This document shows positions 57,801-64,000 of a stretch of 64,000 bases of DNA, in pieces. The DNA is from the human T2T-CHM13v2.0 reference genome, Homo sapiens. The DNA lies in the NCBI RefSeq assembly GCF_009914755.1, contig NC_060931.1, one strand, 5' to 3'. The position numbers and the translations under genes are program-made. The notes beneath the pieces were generated by a model that was not told where the DNA came from, did not search any database, and saw only the letters and a list, made by a program, of their open reading frames with translations. The stretch's first letter is position 1. Every line of letters begins with the position of its first letter.

Positions 57801-60466
57801 AAAGCTAAAATGTTCATGAATATCAAACATAAAAGAGTTAACTGAATGGACTGGACTAGTAGAAAACTGAGGTAATCTGACTTTCGCTTATAACATTACT
57901 GATCCTTGTATTGTTTACCAGAGTCAAGGAAACTTATTATGAGCTATTTACAGCCTTTAATATTTGACTAAGCTGTACTCCTGTGAACAAGATTTGGAGC
58001 TTGTTTGTCTCTCTCTGCATTGCTTCTCCAGAGTTTGAGAAATAGTTGTGAGTATTCTTAACTTATGGCAATATAGCTGTTTGCATCAGTGTAATAATAA
58101 TCCATTTTCTTTTGCAACAGGACACAATTGGAGAAACTGGTTGTTTTACCAAGGCCTTGACTGAAAGGGTATGCTTCCCTTTAAGGAGTCAATCTCAACT
58201 TGCAGAGCCAGTAAGCACCCCTTGGGAAAAACTGGCCTCATACCTTATCTATGCAGTCCTTGTGCAGGGTTCCTGATCTGTGGTAAGTAAAGAATGACAC
58301 TTTCTGACAGGCCCAGGAGCTCCAAGGTTATCTTGGGATCATAAGAGGAGAGGATCACACTACAAATATTTGATGGCACAAACCCCTGGCTGGGCTTGAC
58401 TTTAGAAAGTCCTATTTGAAATTTCTTGTGGAACAGAGTTCCATCAAAGCCAATGTAAAAGACCTATGTAGAAATATTCTTGCTGCACTTTATGGAAATA
58501 ATAAGGCCAAGTATAAGACTAAAGTTTATTTTACAAACAACTCAGTACTATCATGATTTGTTTTTAACAAAAAAGAGAACTTGACAGAAAAGATTATGTT
58601 TCAAAATTATACATTTGTCATTAAATTCTTAACTTACTAGTTTTGAATTTTTACCTACATTTTAGACCAACCCTGCTTATTCCTGTGAACCAACTAGTTA
58701 TCTTCAACTGCAGCTCAGAAGAAACAAAAAAGGACAGGTAATGTAAAAATCTGGATTAATATTCCAATTCTGGGCAATTATCCTGCAAATCCTGTAGAAT
58801 GGTGGGAATGAATCAGGTGCCCACCCAATTCTTAGCAAGCATAAATATAGCCACTAGTTATCTGGGTGTGTCACAAGACGTTTCTTTTCTCTCCCTCGTG
58901 GAAAGAGGACTCAATTCAACAGCTTCATCTTAGCATTCAGCTCATGATAAGTAGTCCATGCAATACTCTGACACACATTTTTATCCCAACCTCAATTCCA
59001 AGCTTCAGGTTGAAGCCCTAGGAAAGAATACTGGATCTGAGAAACTCAGAGGCAGATGATAATGGAGGCTAAAAGGCACAGTGAAGGTGAGCATGACTAA
59101 TTCCAGCTGATTAAGCCAAGCCTCCTATTTCATGGATAAAGATCATGCTAGGATCTGTGGCATAAATGAGGTCTAGTGAACTCCAGAACTACTGGCAGCA
59201 GGGGAGATAGGGCATATATGGGTAACAGCAGATATTTCCACCCCCCAGGCCTCCCTGTTAACATGGGTGAAAGCTGCTTTGACACCCATGGGTGGCACCC
59301 TGTCACAATCACTGGGACTTGGGGATACAAGAATGGAAGTTGGAAAGAGAACATTCTTTCTTCTATCCCTCAACATACCCTGGGTATTTGCTATGAAGAG
59401 AAAGAAATCAGGGACACCTGCTCCTTTCTTCATAAATGAGTAGCCATTAATCTTCAGTCTATACCACTTTTGAATGCATCCTGGACTCTTGGGACTCCTT
59501 TGAAAAAATGCTTTTTTCCTTTTTTCTCCTCTGTCCTCCCTTTACAGATAGGTAATCATGTCTTCATACATGATTGATGTCTACATACATTCCCTCAGAT
59601 GCATCCTCCAAACTTGGAAGAGTTAATTTCCCAAGCCTTAGACTGGTTGGCTTAAGATTGAACTCAGGGCAAAAGCACCTGAAGCTTGACATGCTGGCAA
59701 AAGGTCAAAAATATACTTTTCCAGTTGGGCTTTTGGCTTCCCTCTCCCTATGCAAACTGATAAAGGGCATAGGAATTTTTTAGCTGTCCTTGACACCTTC
59801 CCCTTGTTTCGTTTTAATACATGTTTTTTAATAACCCAGTTTGATTCTTCTCACCTTCAGGCTACCAAACTTTAAACAGTCATGCAACCAGAACTTTGAA
59901 CAATGGCCCCTTTCACTGGGGACACTTAGATAGGCCTCTTAGGGAGATCTAACTGTTGGTTTTCCAAAACAGTGACCCCTGTCAGCAGGAAGCACTTAAA
60001 AGTGGTTTTTGTTCTCATCCTTATCCTTATTCTAACTGCAGTTAGATGTATTTCTTTAGAGGGGGAAATAACACAGTTAGGAAACAGCCAAGGGTCCTGG
60101 GTGAAACCCCACCTTCAAGCCTAAAACCTCCTGAAGGCTGAAAAATCAGACTGCTGGTCCCAGATGAGGCCTGGCTTTTTCCAACTGATTATGTCTGAAT
60201 AATGTCCACTTGCACACTGGGGGAAGGGACTGGAGCCATGGGAAGTTCACCCCTTGTGCAGGGAGGAGGAATCTGGCCACTTCAGTTCTTGTATGATGGT
60301 CTGGTGTTCAGCAATCTGGGAGGTGGGGGCCTGTAAACAAATTTTTTCTTTACTTCTTTTTTTTCTTTTTACCCAATCGACTTTACTTTTCATCCTTCAG
60401 AGTGTCCCTGACCTAATCTTTCCTTGTCATGTGACAAGAACCCAATTTTGCTAAAGTTCTGCAACA
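54860..60466 (+). mobile_element. Two-LTR ERV1 provirus, MER61-like (MER4 group, non-coding internal region); LTRs at 54860-55288 and 60069-60466
   Basis: Matching LTRs (gtcctgggtgaaac..ccttcaagcctaaaac); 4-bp TSD tgag at 54856-54859 and 60467-60470; polypurine tract agagggggaaa before the 3' LTR; degenerate PBS; host L1 resumes afterwards. Confidence 0.85.
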
Positions 60467-60470
60467 TGAG

Positions 60471-61350
60471 GATTTGGAACCCTCGTTTAGAATAAGCTGA
60501 GGATATGCATGTAGGTGTCTTTCTGGCTTCTCTTATCTGTTTCAACATGTATTTTTCTGTCTGTATGCCAGCACCACACTGTTTTGATTACTGTAACTTT
60601 GCAATATGTTTTGAAATAAAAAAGAATGATGCCCGAGTTTATTCTTTTCTTCCAGGTTGTTTGGCTGCTTGTGGTTTTTTGAGTTTATATAGAAATTATA
60701 GGGCAATATTTGATGGCTCACTCCTGTGATCCCAGAACTTTGTGAAACCAAGGCAAGTGAATTGCTTGAGCCCAGCAGTTTGAGACCAGCCTGGGCAATA
60801 TGGTGAAACCCTGTCTCTACAAAAATTACAAAAACTTGCTGAGCAAGGTAACATGCAACTGCAGTACAAACCACTTGTGAGGCTCAAGTGGGAGGATAAA
60901 ATGAGCTTGAGAGGTCAAGGTTACAGTGAGCCATGATTACAACACTGCACTCCAGCCTAGGTGACACAGCTAGATATTGACTCAAACATTTTAGAATATT
61001 TTAGTACTTCTGCAAAACGTACCATTGGATTTTTGTTAAAGATATCTCATTCATCTGTAGATCATTTCAAATACCATTAACATCTAAAGAAACTTGCATG
61101 TTCTACATCTTGAAAAAGAGTATGTTCAAGAATTTGTCTAGTTTTCATACATATGCAGACATGCTAGTTTTCTTTTGGTTTTTAACTTCCAGTTATGTTT
61201 TATTGCAGTCAGAAATAATATTTGTTGTGCTTACCCATCTGTTTAAATATGCTAAACCTTGCATTCTGTCTTAGAAGTTTGCCTATCTTAGAAAACGTTC
61301 CATATGCTATTAGAAATATTATGTATTATGTTATTGTTAGGTCAAATGTT
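60471..61350 (-). mobile_element. Old L1M fragments (host of the provirus), interrupted by an AluJ
   Basis: tatgccagcaccacactgttttgattactgtaactttg. Confidence 0.65.
60701..60987 (+). mobile_element. Alu (AluJ, degraded)
   Basis: ttgcttgagcccagcagtttgagaccagcctgggc, gaggtcaaggttacagtgagccatgat. Confidence 0.85.
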
Positions 61351-61820
61351 TTGTAGATTATCCTCAGGTCTTATTTTTCTTTTTAACCTGTATTTCTCTG
61401 CATATTTGTCTTTATCGTTATTTTGTTTCTCTTTATTTACTTTCTTTTTTCTATTAATTTCTTTTTTTAATTTTCATTACATTTCCTTCATTTCAAATTA
61501 TCTTGCTTGTAACATTTTAAAATTTCTTTTAGTTTCTTTTATTTCCATTCATATCCCTTCATATTATTTTTTCTCCAAATTTTTTTTATTTTTTATCTCA
61601 TTCTTAAAATTTTATTTTATTGCAAATTATTTCATTTATTTCTCTTAATTTTATTGTATTTCTTCATCTTCATTTTATTTTCACTGATCTTAATTACATT
61701 TCTCTTTATTTTTCTCTATTTTATTTCAGTTTATTTGTCCTATTTTTCAATTACTTTAAATTTTTATATTTCTCTTGATTTCATTTTTTCTCACTTTATT
61801 TTTCTATATTTTGCTTTGTA
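61350..61820. repeat. T-rich low-complexity tract
   Basis: Degenerate (TTTA/TTTC)-like sequence, nearly G-free. Confidence 0.8.
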
Positions 61821-62115
61821 AAACAGAAGAGATGAGCTATTTCAGATTAGCCCAGCCATACTGGTCAAGACTTGTTTGCTGAGGCTGTCTGGCAGCCACG
61901 CTACCCCAGGAGTCTCCAATCCAGGGTATAGTCAGGGCCTTCAAGCAGGATTGCTAAGATCCCTTCACAGATCTTTTATTATTACAGGCCCACCTAGCAT
62001 TCAGTGCCATGGGCCATTTCTGCTGCTTTCAGAAGCCCCCTTTAAGCCTCAGTGTTTCTAGGCTGAGGCCCTGACTGACTCTTTATTTGTGTCCTAATGA
62101 ATCCCCCACACATAA

Positions 62116-62505
<390 letters not shown>

Positions 62506-63383
62506 AAAAATTTTTTTATTTTAACTTGACATATAACTGATTATGAAAATGTCAACTTTATGGGTAGATATACATGCAAATATGTGCAAAAATGCTAATG
62601 ATGTAAGAAGACGAGCATTTCTACATTTTATCTAATGATTTCATGGAGTTGCTATTTTACCTTTTCCTGTCTTTATATTTTCATTGGGAAAATCCTCAGT
62701 GAAGACTCCTCAGTATGATAGACAAAATGATGTGCACAATCAATCATTGATAGATGCAGTGAAGTAACTTCTGGTTTTCATTTGGAGCTCTCACAGCTGG
62801 GATTAAAACCTCTTGGTTGTAAACTCACATGATGAGTAGTTATACTATGCTGTCCTCTTCTGCACATTTGTCTACCATCACAACTTTTAGAATAGCCAAA
62901 GGAAAAAGTGGAAAATAGTTTCCCTCAGACCTACTCATCTCCCTTTCATAGGTTTTCAGGTTGTGCATTGTTCAGATTGCTTAGAAGCTCATGATCACAG
63001 AGGTCATATTTGTCAAGAGAAAGCTTTGTTGCACGAAGATTAAGTGAAGTTGTTTACCACCCAGGGCCCATGGTTCCTCCAGAGGCAGGATGAGCTTAAA
63101 AACCATCAATGAAGCCAGAACGTGATGACAGAAGTTGAGGGCTGCCAGAGGAGAAAGCAAAATGCTCCCTTTTCTTTCCAAGTGGTCACTGCTTATTCTG
63201 GCATTAATCTTGCTTCTGACTACGATGTGTTTCTTAGTCATGTTTTTTGGTGTTCCACTGATTGTGCACCTAAGACGCCTGGATGAGAGCGGTAAAGACA
63301 ACAACTGCATCCTTCCACAGCTGATGCCTTGGTGAGCTTTGAAGCACATTGAGCAGTCTGAAATCCTTCCTCACTATGGGGTA

Positions 63384-63850
63384 AGTTGTGTCAAATTCGA
63401 CTCCCATGGAAATGGCACCATGTTCAAGATGTCAAAGAAGAAACTCAGAACCAGTGAATGAGATGTGGAGTTTTACTGGGGACTTTTACATAGAGGGGAG
63501 AATGTCCAGTGTCTGTGGGCTTAGCAGGATAACCACACCCACTTGCAAAAAGTGTGTAGTTTGTATAGCATTTTTATTTAGCACATTTTTTTCTGAACAA
63601 CCTTCCATCTATCAGCCTTCATTTAACAAAAAAGGAATGGCCTCAATCTCGTATGGCCTGTATTCCATTCCACAGAATGGGACAGACCAGGGGCTCAGAT
63701 GTTCCTCATAGATACAAAATAATCTCCAGATTGGCCTCTACTAGAGTTTTTAGCTTGGAACTCTGAACACTCAGAAGCATTTTTTAATACACGGTCAGTC
63801 TCCAGGTATGCCCAAGTCAAGTGAACACTGTCAGTTGCATCCATTATACA
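63384..63850 (-). mobile_element. Solo ERVL LTR, LTR47-like
   Basis: Minus strand tgtataatggatgcaactgacag...atctatgaggaacatctgagcccc...aatgctatacaaact...tcttgaacatggtgccat...acaac. Confidence 0.75.
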
Positions 63851-64000
63851 GGCTGGTTCAGGCAGTGGAGGTTCTTCCTGAGACTCGATTCAAAAAAGCT
63901 TTTGCTTTTTCTTCAATCGATGGGTTGACAGTTTACTAAAAGGCCTGATGTGTGTGCACATTGCTGGTACAGTTGTCTAAGTTTATGAGATGGTTTCTTA

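Noticed and set aside
55289-60068. gag/pol/env coding capacity in the provirus
   Set aside because: No long ORF or retroviral enzyme motif seen; AT-rich non-autonomous MER4-group interior.
61304-61648. Phe/Leu/Ile-rich 114-aa 'membrane protein' or mitochondrial insertion
   Set aside because: Artefact of a T-rich low-complexity tract; no mitochondrial gene motif.

Overview
Primate (human/great-ape-type) genomic DNA. AluY and an L1PA2-type 3' end are present. The content suggests a KRAB-ZNF/VN1R/beta-satellite cluster built from duplicated blocks; the exact locus and species cannot be fixed from sequence alone. No intact multi-exon protein-coding gene is evident. From left to right: the 3' end of a frameshifted V1R pseudogene (1-456); Alu/L1-dense DNA; a YWHAE processed pseudogene (minus, 7471-9885) hit by two AluY; orphan, disabled KRAB-A and KRAB-B exons with no finger array (18299-19341); old L1 and a MER50 LTR; an L2/MIR-containing block (~25.2-41 kb) holding an IGF2BP3 processed pseudogene with a MER11 LTR in its 3' UTR, an ORF-intact STMP1 retrocopy and a GC/CpG-rich promoter-like segment; an HERV-L gag-pro fragment; ~6.6 kb of complex beta-satellite with a ~4.63-kb higher-order repeat; a 5'-inverted L1 carrying a young L1PA2 with a 3' transduction; a two-LTR MER61-type provirus; and an LTR47. 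Best leads: (i) two retrocopies appear to preserve non-canonical splice isoforms (a 33-nt cassette exon in YWHAE; an exon-1-to-KH2 skip in IGF2BP3); (ii) an intact 47-aa STMP1 ORF missed by the ORF track; (iii) a five-substitution motif shared by two inverted Alus of different subfamilies; (iv) a traceable L1 3' transduction. I do not see solid evidence for a wholly new biological system. Parent-gene and repeat-consensus comparisons are from memory and need alignment.
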